Shown here piece by piece: positions 18,806 through 27,897 of a stretch of 64,000 bases of DNA. Made by a program: the position numbers and the translations under genes. Under the pieces are notes generated by a model. The model was not told where the DNA came from. It saw nothing but the letters and a program-made list of their open reading frames with translations, and made no database searches. The first letter of the stretch is position 1; the number at the start of each line of letters is the position of its first letter. Source of the DNA: Candidatus Woesearchaeota archaeon (GTDB lineage Archaea > Nanobdellota > Nanobdellia > Woesearchaeales > ARS49); NCBI GenBank assembly GCA_016188265.1, contig JACPID010000001.1, forward strand, positions 1,674 to 65,673. The letters run 5' to 3'.

Positions 18806-19428
18806 ACTCCCAAAAGTTTTTTAGGATGTGCAATCTCTAGTCTTGGTGATTCATTTGGTGAAGGAATTTCTAAATCCACAAAATGGCCACTCCAGCCACC
18901 GAAATCACTACTGTAATAAGATGTTACAGCTTTTATGCATTCATCATAACCAAAAAGAAGAGGCATAAATTGAGGTCTTGATTCATATCTGGTTAAGTTT
19001 AAAAATATTTCATCACTATACCAAAAATGATATCTATCTTTATTACCTCTATCTTTTTTTAGTAATGCTTCTAATTCTGAAGGATTAAGCATCTCTCTGC
19101 CTTTTTTAGTTTCTTGAAATGCTTTTGCATAATTAACCCCAAAATTATGAACTATTGCTAAAACTCTTGAATTTTCTGGTGGAGCTTTGTAAGATTCATC
19201 ATTAATGTATGTTGGACTTCCTTTAACAACCACATTTCGACCATTAATTTTTAGAACAATATCTGCCAAATCTTTATTTTGCTCTACTTTTCTTGAGCTT
19301 TCGTCAATTGCTTTGTGAGCTGAAGAAATCACACCTTCATACATTGAGTCTAACATTTGTGATAGAGTTTGCCCTCTTTGACTTGGTGAGTGATCACACA
19401 TTATTTTTCCACAAATTGAACAAGTCAT
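18781..19428 (-). CDS. hypothetical protein with N-terminal Cys cluster (upstream member of an overlapping pair)
   Basis: Begins MTCSICGKIMCDH. No further motif recognised. Confidence 0.4.
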   Translation of the reverse strand: MTCSICGKIMCDHSPSQRGQTLSQMLDSMYEGVISSAHKAIDESSRKVEQNKDLADIVLKINGRNVVVKGSPTYINDESYKAPPENSRVLAIVHNFGVNYAKAFQETKKGREMLNPSELEALLKKDRGNKDRYHFWYSDEIFLNLTRYESRPQFMPLLFGYDECIKAVTSYYSSDFGGWSGHFVDLEIPSPNESPRLEIAHPKKLLGVWKKCQPK

Positions 19429-19556
19429 TTTGAAACACCTCCAAAGTGTTAAATTTCACTACAATACTATCGTAACAACAGAATATTTAATACTTTGTTG
19501 TCCTAAAAGGTCGACAAATAGAAAGTTTTATAAACTTTGAAACACAAATACAACTC

Positions 19557-20291
19557 ATGATTGACAAATATAGTGAAGTTTTGAAAGAGTTTGGACTTTC
19601 AGAAAATGAAGTTAAAGTATACATAACTCTGTTAAAAACTGGAGAATCCGGTGTTCAAAATCTGGCTAAAAATGCAGGACTTCCAAGAACAACAACATAC
19701 CACCTCCTAGAAAGCTTATCACAAAAAGGTCTTGTAAGCCACATCGATAAAAATAAAATAAGATACTTCCAAGCAGCAAATCCTAAAATAATTCCAGAAA
19801 TTCTTGAAGAACAGAAAAAACACATCAAAGAAATAATTCCAGAACTCTTAACAATCGCAGAAACCTTTACAGAAAAGCCCAAAGTTGAAGTTTACGAAGG
19901 AATCAAAGGAATAAAAACAATTCTGGAAGACACACTAGAAACAAAAAAAGAAATACTTCATTATGGAGACATAATATCTTTACAAAACTCATTAAAATAC
20001 ATATTTCCTCAATTTATCAACAAAAGAGTAGAAAAGAAAATACCAATCAAAATACTCTGCAAAAAAGAAGCAGCACACAAAGAATTACTAGAAACAGCTA
20101 AAAAACAATACCGAGAATTCAAATTTATACCATCAAACTACACATTCAAATCAAGCATATTCATCTACAACAAAAAAGTAGCAATACTAAGCCTTCAACA
20201 AGAACCATACTACGGAATCATAATAGACAACGAGGATTTTCACCAAACACAAAAAAACATGTTCGAACTATTATGGCAAACAAAACACTAA
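19557..20291 (+). CDS. TrmB-family HTH transcriptional regulator (paralog 3)
   Basis: LSENEVKVYITLLKTGESGVQNLAKNAGLPRTTTYHLLESLSQKGLVSH. Strongly A/C-rich coding strand. Confidence 0.7.
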   Translation: MIDKYSEVLKEFGLSENEVKVYITLLKTGESGVQNLAKNAGLPRTTTYHLLESLSQKGLVSHIDKNKIRYFQAANPKIIPEILEEQKKHIKEIIPELLTIAETFTEKPKVEVYEGIKGIKTILEDTLETKKEILHYGDIISLQNSLKYIFPQFINKRVEKKIPIKILCKKEAAHKELLETAKKQYREFKFIPSNYTFKSSIFIYNKKVAILSLQQEPYYGIIIDNEDFHQTQKNMFELLWQTKH

Positions 20292-20358
20292 ATCCCCCCA
20301 ATTATTTTACCATTAAAAGTTTACTCAAAAAATACTGGTCTACAACAACACAGGATTA

Positions 20359-20486
20359 TGTCAAGAACCACTGGTCAATAGACCAGTGGCATGAAACTTA
20401 GGTTTCAGCATCCAGTGGTTCTTGAGCACACCAAGATTCCACTACTAAACCACTAGTGAAACACTAGTGGAATCTTAGTGTTTGAA
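20359..20486. repeat. structured intergenic repeat element, copy A (inverted-repeat termini plus a second composite hairpin)
   Basis: Inverted repeat TGTCAAGAAC...GTTCTTGAGCA closes an ~70-nt hairpin, followed by a second composite hairpin. Same termini and two-hairpin architecture as copies B and C. Confidence 0.6.
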
Positions 20487-20559
20487 ACATTATCTTCACC
20501 ACAAACCACCAACCATAAACCACAAACTAATTAAATATTACTTCTGGTTCTGCAAGTAA

Positions 20560-21645
20560 ATGCTGACAATAGATGGCTCTTATCTTGAAGGCGGCGGGCA
20601 GATTGTTCGTACTGCTGTTGGAATGTCTGCTTTGCTTGGAGAACCAGTTAAAATAATTAATATTAGAAGAAATAGGCCTAATCCAGGATTAAAAGCTCAG
20701 CATTTGCATGCAGTTAAAGCTTTGCAAGAACTTTGTGATGCTGATGTTGTTGGTTGTAAAGAAGGTTCTGATGAAATAATTTTTGCTCCAAAACAATTGA
20801 AAGCTAAAACATTAAATATTGATATTGGAACTGCTGGATCAATAGGTTTAGTGCTTCAGGCTATTCTTTTACCGTGTTGTTTTCTTGATAAATCAATTAC
20901 AATTCGTTTGAAGGGAGGTACTCATGGTAAATGGGCGATGCCTATTGAGTATATTCAAAATGTTTTAGTGCCTCATATTCAGAGATTTTGTGAAAAAATA
21001 AGCATTAATCAAGAAAAAAGAGGGTATTATCCTGCAGGAGGTGGAAAAGTTGAAGTTAAGATAAAGCCATTAATACATAGAGAAGAGTATAGTAAAGAAG
21101 ATTTCTTGAAAAAAATTGAAGAATTAAAACCAATACAATTGTTAAATCAGGGAAAGCTTTTATTTATTAAGGGAATTTCTCATGCATCAGCTTCTTTAGC
21201 AGAACGTGAAGTAGCTGAAAGACAGCTAAAATCAGCAAAAAATATTTTAAAAGAATTCAATGTTCCTGTTAATATAAGTGTTGAGTATAGTGATGCAATA
21301 TCAAAAGGTTCTGGAATTGCTTTATGGGCTGTTTTTGAAAATAAATATGGGGAAGTTGATCAGTTTAATCCTGTTATTCTTGGTTGTGATGCATTAGGTG
21401 AAAAAAATATTTCTGCTGAAAGTGTAGCAGGAATTGCTGCAAAAGAATTATACAAAGAAATAAAACAAAATGCTTGTGTTGATAGGCATTTAGCTGATAA
21501 TCTTATTCCTTGGATGGGCTTGCTTTCTGGAAGTGCATTTAAAACAAGTCTTATAACAGATCATACTAAAACAAATATTTTTAGTGTGGAAAATTTTTTT
21601 GGAAAAATGTTTAAAATTAATGAGAATGTAGTGAGAAGAATTTAA
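20560..21645 (+). CDS. rtcA: RNA 3'-terminal phosphate cyclase
   Basis: MLTIDGSYLEGGGQIVRTAVGMSALLGEPVKIINIRRNRPNPGL is the typical RtcA N-terminus; length 361 aa. Confidence 0.8.
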   Translation: MLTIDGSYLEGGGQIVRTAVGMSALLGEPVKIINIRRNRPNPGLKAQHLHAVKALQELCDADVVGCKEGSDEIIFAPKQLKAKTLNIDIGTAGSIGLVLQAILLPCCFLDKSITIRLKGGTHGKWAMPIEYIQNVLVPHIQRFCEKISINQEKRGYYPAGGGKVEVKIKPLIHREEYSKEDFLKKIEELKPIQLLNQGKLLFIKGISHASASLAEREVAERQLKSAKNILKEFNVPVNISVEYSDAISKGSGIALWAVFENKYGEVDQFNPVILGCDALGEKNISAESVAGIAAKELYKEIKQNACVDRHLADNLIPWMGLLSGSAFKTSLITDHTKTNIFSVENFFGKMFKINENVVRRI

Positions 21646-22505
21646 GCTAATCTTGCTATTTTCAGGTTTGTTTTTAATTCTTTTAATTCAAACTCGTACT
21701 CAGTTCTTTTATCTTGATTAGTTTCTTTTTTAACTATTTTTTCTGCGTTTTTGATTTCTTGTTCTGCTTTTGCAAGATCTCTAAAATCAAGTGCTTGTTG
21801 AGCAGATTTTATTAATTCATCTATGTTTGATTTTTCTTCAGAGTTTAGAAGAGCTTTTTTAGCATTTATAATAGGTTTTTTTAGAAAAGGCATTGCTTTT
21901 TCTTTTGATAATTTATTTTTTTTCATTATTTTTTTGACTTCAATCACTGCTTGTTGTTCTTTTTTGAAATGTTCTTCTTGCTTTTTTAAGGCTTCCTCTA
22001 AAATTTTTACTTTAGCTAATTGCTCTTTATTTTTAGTAATATCCTCTTTTTCTTTATTGATAGATTCAATATCGTGGCTTAATTTATGTTCTTTTTCGTA
22101 CAGTAAATGAAGATCTGATTCAATTAATTTTGAAACATGTTGTACTTCGCGAGATATATCTGCTTTAACCTGCATTAATCTTTCAAAGTGTTTATGCCAT
22201 ATTTCAGCAACATTATGAAATAATAGTTTTTTTTCGCGTGTTTGTTCAGTTAATTCTTCTTTTTCTTTTCTTAAATCATCAATAAGTTCATTGATTTGTT
22301 TTCTATGTTCAAGTGATTTTACTTCGTTTTGTACTGCTAATTTTTCTTTTTCTTGAGCTTCACTTATGCGTTTTTTAAGTTCTTTTTGTTTTTCATCAGA
22401 AAGCTTTTCTAATTCCAGCAGGTGTTCTTCTTTTTTTGTAAGTTGCTTAAGTGTAAATTCGTGCTCATTAATATCACTATTAGAATCATCGCTCTTTTTT
22501 AGCAT
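21642..22505 (-). CDS. Lys/Glu-rich coiled-coil protein
   Basis: Low-complexity heptad-like sequence; no enzymatic motif. Confidence 0.4.
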   Translation of the reverse strand: MLKKSDDSNSDINEHEFTLKQLTKKEEHLLELEKLSDEKQKELKKRISEAQEKEKLAVQNEVKSLEHRKQINELIDDLRKEKEELTEQTREKKLLFHNVAEIWHKHFERLMQVKADISREVQHVSKLIESDLHLLYEKEHKLSHDIESINKEKEDITKNKEQLAKVKILEEALKKQEEHFKKEQQAVIEVKKIMKKNKLSKEKAMPFLKKPIINAKKALLNSEEKSNIDELIKSAQQALDFRDLAKAEQEIKNAEKIVKKETNQDKRTEYEFELKELKTNLKIARLA

Positions 22506-22621
22506 AATCCAGTAGGATGTTTCTGGATTTATAAGTTTTTCCAGAATTAACAGTAAGCTTTTTAAACAAAATAGTGTTCAAAACATTAATGAAGCAGTGC
22601 ATGTCTTGCAGGAAGAGTATA

Positions 22622-22753
22622 ATGAATGATCGGGGAAGTGTATTTTTTAAATGCCCTAAGTGCTTAAAGGAAGATATTGTTCGTTGTTCTTCGTGCAGAA
22701 AAAATGCTGTGAAATTTACCTGTCCTCAATGTGAATTTACAGGCCCAAATTAA
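22622..22753 (+). CDS. small Zn-ribbon protein (43 aa), upstream of aEF-1beta
   Basis: MNDRGSVFFKCPKCLKEDIVRCSSCRKNAVKFTCPQCEFTGPN has four CxxC pairs. Below the ORF-track size cutoff. Confidence 0.5.
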   Translation: MNDRGSVFFKCPKCLKEDIVRCSSCRKNAVKFTCPQCEFTGPN

Positions 22754-22754
22754 A

Positions 22755-23042
22755 ATGTCTAGAGTTGTTGTAACTTTAAAAGTAATGCCTACAAGTCCAG
22801 ATGTAGATCTTGATAGCATAAGTGAAAAAGCAGTGAAAGAAGTTAAAGAATTTGCTGAAATTAAAGATGATGAATCTTTAAGAGTTGAGCAAAAACCTGT
22901 TGCTTTTGGATTAAAAGAAATTGTTATTATGTTTGCTATGAATGAAAGCAAGGGAGACACAGAAAAATTAGAAAAAAAAATAAGTTTATTAGAAGGAGTA
23001 AGTTCTGTTGAAGTTACTGATGTCAGAAGAGTTGTTGGTTAA
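22755..23042 (+). CDS. ef1b: translation elongation factor 1-beta
   Basis: MSRVVVTLKVMPTSPDVDLD...FGLKEIVIMFAMNESKGDTEKLE. Typical archaeal EF-1beta of about 95 aa. Start is at the MSRVV Met, not the upstream Met of the ORF track. Confidence 0.75.
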   Translation: MSRVVVTLKVMPTSPDVDLDSISEKAVKEVKEFAEIKDDESLRVEQKPVAFGLKEIVIMFAMNESKGDTEKLEKKISLLEGVSSVEVTDVRRVVG

Positions 23043-24130
23043 AATAATAATTTAAATTCATCAAGAGGCATTGTTGTTTTTATTGCTTCTGGAGTAAAAT
23101 GAGTTCCGCTGGCTAAATATTTTTTATTTTGAATTGTTTTTATGAGAACTTCTTTTTTTGGCGGTTGTTTTCTAAGAAGTTTGGCTATTTTATGTATGTG
23201 AAAAAATCCTACAACTGGAATTTTTGCTTCTTGCTGAATCAGCTCTAAAAATTGTTTGTGTTTTGTTGTTTGATCTATCATTAATGATAAGAGAGATTCG
23301 TCCCAAAGATTGCCTGTCCATAATGGTCCTGCACTTTGCATTGTTTTACTGCAACAACTTATTTTATTAGATTGAGAAATTTGTGTTTTATGGCAGGTCT
23401 TGCAAAAATTTAAAAAAAGGTGATTTTCTAGTATTTTATCAACATTGCTTTTGCCAGTTGCAACCTTTAAATAAGCTCTAAGATAATGATTTGTTGAATG
23501 AACAAAAATAGGAGAAAGCGCTTTATCATATTGGGCAGCAATAAGCTGTGCTTTTCTAATTAAAATTCTTACTCCAATCTCATGCATAATTTCATTTCTT
23601 AAAGGCAGAGCCCAATACTTGCGCAAACAAGCATTCTTATACGTTCCTGCAAGTGCTGCAACGTCGGTAGCAGTTATTGCTAAAATTCCATTCTTTGCTA
23701 TTTTTTTTATAGCATTATCTAAAAATGGGTTTGGGCTGCCAAATGGATCAATATCAATATAGTCATAAATTGAGCCTTCTAAAAGCGCTTTATTTGTATC
23801 TTTATTAAGAATTATTGCTTTTTTTGTAGGAATTTTGTTTTTTTCAAATAAGATTTTTATTAATTTAACTGCTTTGGGATTTCCATCATTTATTAGGATA
23901 GATGAAATTTTGTGTTCAGGAAGTTCTTTTAACATTCTTAAAGAACGAATTCCAGAACCTGCTAAAGGATCTGCAATGCATAAATCATTTTTTTCCCAGC
24001 ACTTAAGAATTAGCAATGCTAAATTTCTTTGAAATTCCATTACAGGATTATAGAATACAGGCATGCTTTTACTGATTTTTTCAGAATAAAATATAAAAAG
24101 AGATATATCTCCTTCAACATGAGATTTCAT
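23039..24130 (-). CDS. trm1: tRNA (guanine26-N2)-dimethyltransferase Trm1
   Basis: PVFYNPVMEFQRNLALL block near the N-terminus, SAM-MTase core, and a C-terminal Cys cluster (FCKTCHKTQ...CCS). Start chosen at MKSHVEG by comparison with Trm1 length. Confidence 0.7.
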   Translation of the reverse strand: MKSHVEGDISLFIFYSEKISKSMPVFYNPVMEFQRNLALLILKCWEKNDLCIADPLAGSGIRSLRMLKELPEHKISSILINDGNPKAVKLIKILFEKNKIPTKKAIILNKDTNKALLEGSIYDYIDIDPFGSPNPFLDNAIKKIAKNGILAITATDVAALAGTYKNACLRKYWALPLRNEIMHEIGVRILIRKAQLIAAQYDKALSPIFVHSTNHYLRAYLKVATGKSNVDKILENHLFLNFCKTCHKTQISQSNKISCCSKTMQSAGPLWTGNLWDESLLSLMIDQTTKHKQFLELIQQEAKIPVVGFFHIHKIAKLLRKQPPKKEVLIKTIQNKKYLASGTHFTPEAIKTTMPLDEFKLLF

Positions 24131-24510
24131 TGAGCGTGTTTTTTTTCGCCTTTGCGTGCACACTTATCAGAACAGTACCAGTGCAATTCTCCGTGAGTTT
24201 CTGTTTCAATAATTTCATCTTTATTTTGGCTTAAAACTTTTCCGCAAGAAGCACATTTAGTTAGTTCTCCTGTTTCTTCACTGCCTTCACTAAAACCTTG
24301 CTCCCAATCAGCAATATCATCATCTTCTAGAAGTTGTTCTCTGCCTTCTTCAGTGTAAACATCTTCATCTCTTTCTCCTGTTTCAATTTTTTGCTTAAAT
24401 TCTTCTTTTGACTCTTCATGCTCTTCAGGATCTAGAAACTCGTTTTTTTCAGGGCGCACTCCTGTTTTTCTAGGATCATCAGTTTTTAAAACACTTTTTT
24501 TATTGGGCAT
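24127..24510 (-). CDS. acidic protein with C-terminal Zn ribbon
   Basis: CASCGK...HWYCSDKCARKG at the C-terminus; Asp/Glu-rich middle. Confidence 0.4.
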   Translation of the reverse strand: MPNKKSVLKTDDPRKTGVRPEKNEFLDPEEHEESKEEFKQKIETGERDEDVYTEEGREQLLEDDDIADWEQGFSEGSEETGELTKCASCGKVLSQNKDEIIETETHGELHWYCSDKCARKGEKKHAQ

Positions 24511-24535
24511 AAATTACTGTATTAAGATCAAATAT

Positions 24536-26365
24536 TTAAGCGTTTTGGTTGACAAATTGCTGTATTTCTTTCATGTAATTTAAAGAAGATATAAGATTCC
24601 ATTCTCTTGGAAATAGTTTTTTGTATCTTGGCCAGTCATATCTTTCATCTAAAAATACCAACACTCCTTTATCTTTTTCATTTCTTATGCATCTCCCTGA
24701 ATTTTGAAGTGTTTTAGTTATAGCTGGAAGCGTGTATCCATAATCCCATCCTTTGCCAAATAATTCATCATAATATTGTATTAATTCTCTAGACCTAAGA
24801 TTAGGTTTATCTAAAGGGAGGCCAATAACTATTACACATTTGTTTATTCCAGGGAGATCTATCCCTTCGCCAAAAGAACCTGTTGCAGTACATAACATTA
24901 CTGCTCCTTTATAACTCGAATATTTTTTAAGTAATTCTTCTTTTTGTTTTTTTTGCAAGTTAGGCTGCTCAAAAAGAATTGTTTTGTTGCTATATTCTTG
25001 AAAGAAAAAAGCCACGTCATCACGAATTTTGTAGCTGGGAAAAAACAAAAGACTATTTCCATGAATTTCATTGGTTATTTGTGCACAAATTTCTGCAATA
25101 TTTTTATACTGCTCTGGTGATCTTAAAGTAAACTTTGTTGTTGTTTTAGGAATTATCAAAGTGAGCTTGTTTTTTTCAGGAAATGGAGAACTGTATTCTT
25201 GCTTAAAAGTTCCATCTTGAAAACCCAGCACATCCTGATACATTATTGTTGGAAGAAGTGTGCCTGACATAATAATCATAGAATGGCATTGATTAATTAC
25301 CGGCTTTGTAATAATTGAAGGATCTAAGCATTGCAGAAAAATTTTAACATTTTCTTTTTCTTTTTTCACATAGCGAATAAATCCTTTTTCACCTTCAGGC
25401 CATTTTTTAAGAAAGCTTGCAATTACTCCCAGAGAACTTTGCTTTTGTTCATTTCTCACTAAATCTGCACTTGTTTCTAGCTCTGCAATAAATTGCTGCA
25501 GAGGTTTTATTTTATCAATTTCATTTACTAAAAATTGTGATGATATTTTTTTTTCTTCGTCAACTAATTTACTCCCTATTTGTTGAATTAAATGAAGCAA
25601 TTCTATAAGTGGAAGAATAACTGGTTCTATATTGTACTTTTTTGCTTCTTTTATTGCACGCTGAATAATATTTGTACTTAATATAGAACTCATTAAATCT
25701 CTGACTCTTTCAGGAAGATTGTGTGCTTCATCAACTATAACTATGCAGTCTTCAAGATTCTTATTAATCTTGCTTAAAAAGTTCTTCCTTATTGATTCAT
25801 TAAAAATGTAAAAATAATCTGCAATAATTATTGTAGAATTACTTGCCAAGTGTAATGCGCTTTCATATGGGCAAATTTTGTGCTTCATTGATGTTGTTAC
25901 AATATTTTCAGTTGTTGGAATAATTTGTAATAGTTCATCATTACAAACTGAAACTTTTGTTTTAGATTTAGAATTCAAATAATATTCACATTTCTCGTCT
26001 TCACGTAAAGAACGGCAAAACTCAACAAAATCTTGTGTTGGCATTGTTGAAGCACCTTCTTGCGCACACATCCATTTTTTTCCAATAAAAGAAGCAACAT
26101 TGAAGTTTACACAATATTTTTGCTTAATATTTTGAACAGTTTCAAGAACAATTTTGTGTTGAGTGTGCCTTGATGTTAAAAATAATATTGTTAATTTTTT
26201 TTCAAGAGCAGCAGTTAGCGCAGGTGAAAGAGATGCTGCAGTTTTTCCCATTCCAGTGGGAGCGTGGATAATTGCATGTTTTTTTTGTTGAATAACTTGA
26301 AAGATCTCTTTCATAATCTGCTCCTGAGTAGGACGCAGTTTTTCATATGGGAAAAAAAAAACCAT
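24536..26365 (-). CDS. xpd: XPD/Rad3-family 5'-3' DNA helicase (FeS domain)
   Basis: Walker A HAPTGMGKT, DEAH, four-Cys FeS cluster (CAQE...FC...KCEY...VC), C-terminal VLVFLDERY block. Confidence 0.7.
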   Translation of the reverse strand: MVFFFPYEKLRPTQEQIMKEIFQVIQQKKHAIIHAPTGMGKTAASLSPALTAALEKKLTILFLTSRHTQHKIVLETVQNIKQKYCVNFNVASFIGKKWMCAQEGASTMPTQDFVEFCRSLREDEKCEYYLNSKSKTKVSVCNDELLQIIPTTENIVTTSMKHKICPYESALHLASNSTIIIADYFYIFNESIRKNFLSKINKNLEDCIVIVDEAHNLPERVRDLMSSILSTNIIQRAIKEAKKYNIEPVILPLIELLHLIQQIGSKLVDEEKKISSQFLVNEIDKIKPLQQFIAELETSADLVRNEQKQSSLGVIASFLKKWPEGEKGFIRYVKKEKENVKIFLQCLDPSIITKPVINQCHSMIIMSGTLLPTIMYQDVLGFQDGTFKQEYSSPFPEKNKLTLIIPKTTTKFTLRSPEQYKNIAEICAQITNEIHGNSLLFFPSYKIRDDVAFFFQEYSNKTILFEQPNLQKKQKEELLKKYSSYKGAVMLCTATGSFGEGIDLPGINKCVIVIGLPLDKPNLRSRELIQYYDELFGKGWDYGYTLPAITKTLQNSGRCIRNEKDKGVLVFLDERYDWPRYKKLFPREWNLISSLNYMKEIQQFVNQNA

Positions 26366-26478
26366 AGATCTTGCTCTTCACAAGCATTTATAATATTTTC
26401 TGGCTAATAAAATTTTAATTTCGAAACCTTTAAATATATGGTGCAGTATATTCATTACAATATTAAGATTAGGGGTGT

Positions 26479-26631
26479 GTCAAGAACTACCTATTAAATT
26501 AGGCAGCGTGTTTTCACACAGCTACTAAATCATCTGGTAGTTCTTGAGCATGATCAAAAATCACTTGTCATTTTTACTGATTAAAATCAGTAGTGTATGT
26601 TAAGGGTGATTTTTGACATGTCAAAAACATG
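26479..26631. repeat. structured intergenic repeat element, copy B
   Basis: TGTCAAGAACTACC...GGTAGTTCTTGAGCA hairpin followed by AAAATCACTTG...GGGTGATTTTT hairpin with inner TACTGATTAAAATCAGTAG stem. About 85% identical to copy C over the 5' half. Confidence 0.6.
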
Positions 26632-26947
26632 CCAAAAATTGCATGTTTTTATAAAAATATTAAGAAGGTGGTTTGCTTTGAAAAATAAAGAAATTTTTAA
26701 AACATTTTTTAGAGAGAAACCAGCTATGATGTTGGTTCACTTGCGTAATGCAAAGTCAGAAGTATATGCTTCTTCTTTAGCAAAACAAATTGATTGCACA
26801 TATTCTCATGTTGTAAAAGTTCTTCAAGAAATGCAGAATGAAGAATTAATTAATTTTGACAAGCAAGGCAGATTAAAGCTGCTTTCTTTAACAAAGAAAG
26901 GACAAGATGTTGCAAATAAAATTACAGATATAAGAAATTTGTTATAA
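26597..26947 (+). CDS. small winged-helix transcriptional regulator (start uncertain)
   Basis: YSHVVKVLQEMQNEELINFDKQGRLKLLSLTKKGQDVANKI wHTH. The N-terminal part of the ORF overlaps repeat copy B, so the true start may be the internal MM near 26726. Confidence 0.45.
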   Translation: MLRVIFDMSKTCQKLHVFIKILRRWFALKNKEIFKTFFREKPAMMLVHLRNAKSEVYASSLAKQIDCTYSHVVKVLQEMQNEELINFDKQGRLKLLSLTKKGQDVANKITDIRNLL

Positions 26948-27254
26948 ATTCAGTTTCTCTGCAACTTGACAAATTTAGCATTTTTATAAAAAAAATGCAA
27001 TTATTTGTTTTTTAATTTCTTCACTTCAAAAAATAGTAAATAGTATCTTGATAGGCGAGGATTGTTTTTTTTTACTGTGTTATTCTTTTGGAAAAATTTT
27101 TCAAATGGTACAAAAATAAATGAACAAATCTCGATAATAAACCAAACACCCAAAAATTTCCGAGAATTTAACACACCGTCCATAAAATACAACTATTGGT
27201 GCATTTTCAAAAACCAAAACATTTATATATTTTCTTACTTTTCTTACTTGTAAG

Positions 27255-27512
27255 GTGATAAATATGGCTTTACTTGAAATTAAAACAACCAAAATAACAG
27301 ATAAAGGACAGATATCCATCCCAAAGGATATTCGTGAAAAAAAAGGCTTTAAAGAAGGACAAAAGTTAGCAGTTATTGCTTTTGAGAACCGAATAGAATT
27401 AATTCCTCTAAAAGAATTTAATGAGAAAATGTTCACTGCATTTGCTAGCGAAAAATCTTTAGCAAAAGACTGGCTTAGTGAAGAGGACGAAAAAGCATGG
27501 AAGACCTTGTGA
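27255..27512 (+). CDS. mazE: MazE/AbrB-type antitoxin
   Basis: ITDKGQISIPKDIREKKGFKEGQKLAV swapped-hairpin motif. Overlaps the toxin gene. Confidence 0.6.
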   Translation: MINMALLEIKTTKITDKGQISIPKDIREKKGFKEGQKLAVIAFENRIELIPLKEFNEKMFTAFASEKSLAKDWLSEEDEKAWKTL

Positions 27513-27829
27513 AAGGAAATGTAGTTATTTTATTATTTCCCTTTTCAGATCTTAGCTCAGCAAAGAAAAGACCTGCAGTAATAGTCGCAAAACTTACTGG
27601 AAATGACTCAATACTTGCCCAAATAACAAGCGTAGAAAGGAAAGACGAATATGCAATAAATCTAACGAGTAAAGACTTCAAACAAGGAAGCTTACCTCAA
27701 GAAAGCATAATAAAACCAAATAAATTATTTACTGCAGATAAATCATTAATTTTTCACAAAGCAGGAACACTCAAAGAAAACAAAATAAAAGAAGTTGAAA
27801 ATGCATTGATGACAATTTTCAAACAATAA
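27497..27829 (+). CDS. mazF: MazF/PemK-family toxin
   Basis: GNVVILLFPFSDLSSAKKRPAVIVAK matches the MazF N-terminal pattern. A/C-ending codon usage. Confidence 0.6.
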   Translation: MEDLVKGNVVILLFPFSDLSSAKKRPAVIVAKLTGNDSILAQITSVERKDEYAINLTSKDFKQGSLPQESIIKPNKLFTADKSLIFHKAGTLKENKIKEVENALMTIFKQ

Positions 27830-27897
27830 ACCACCCAATAATTGCATTTCTTATTTTAGTTTGAATCTGAATTCAGTTGCCACAGAAAGTGATTTGA

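Noticed and set aside
27001-27436. ORFs 27001..27192, 27062..27253 and 27101..27436 in the spacer before mazE
   Set aside because: They are AT-rich low-complexity translations. They overlap each other and the MazE gene, with no support.
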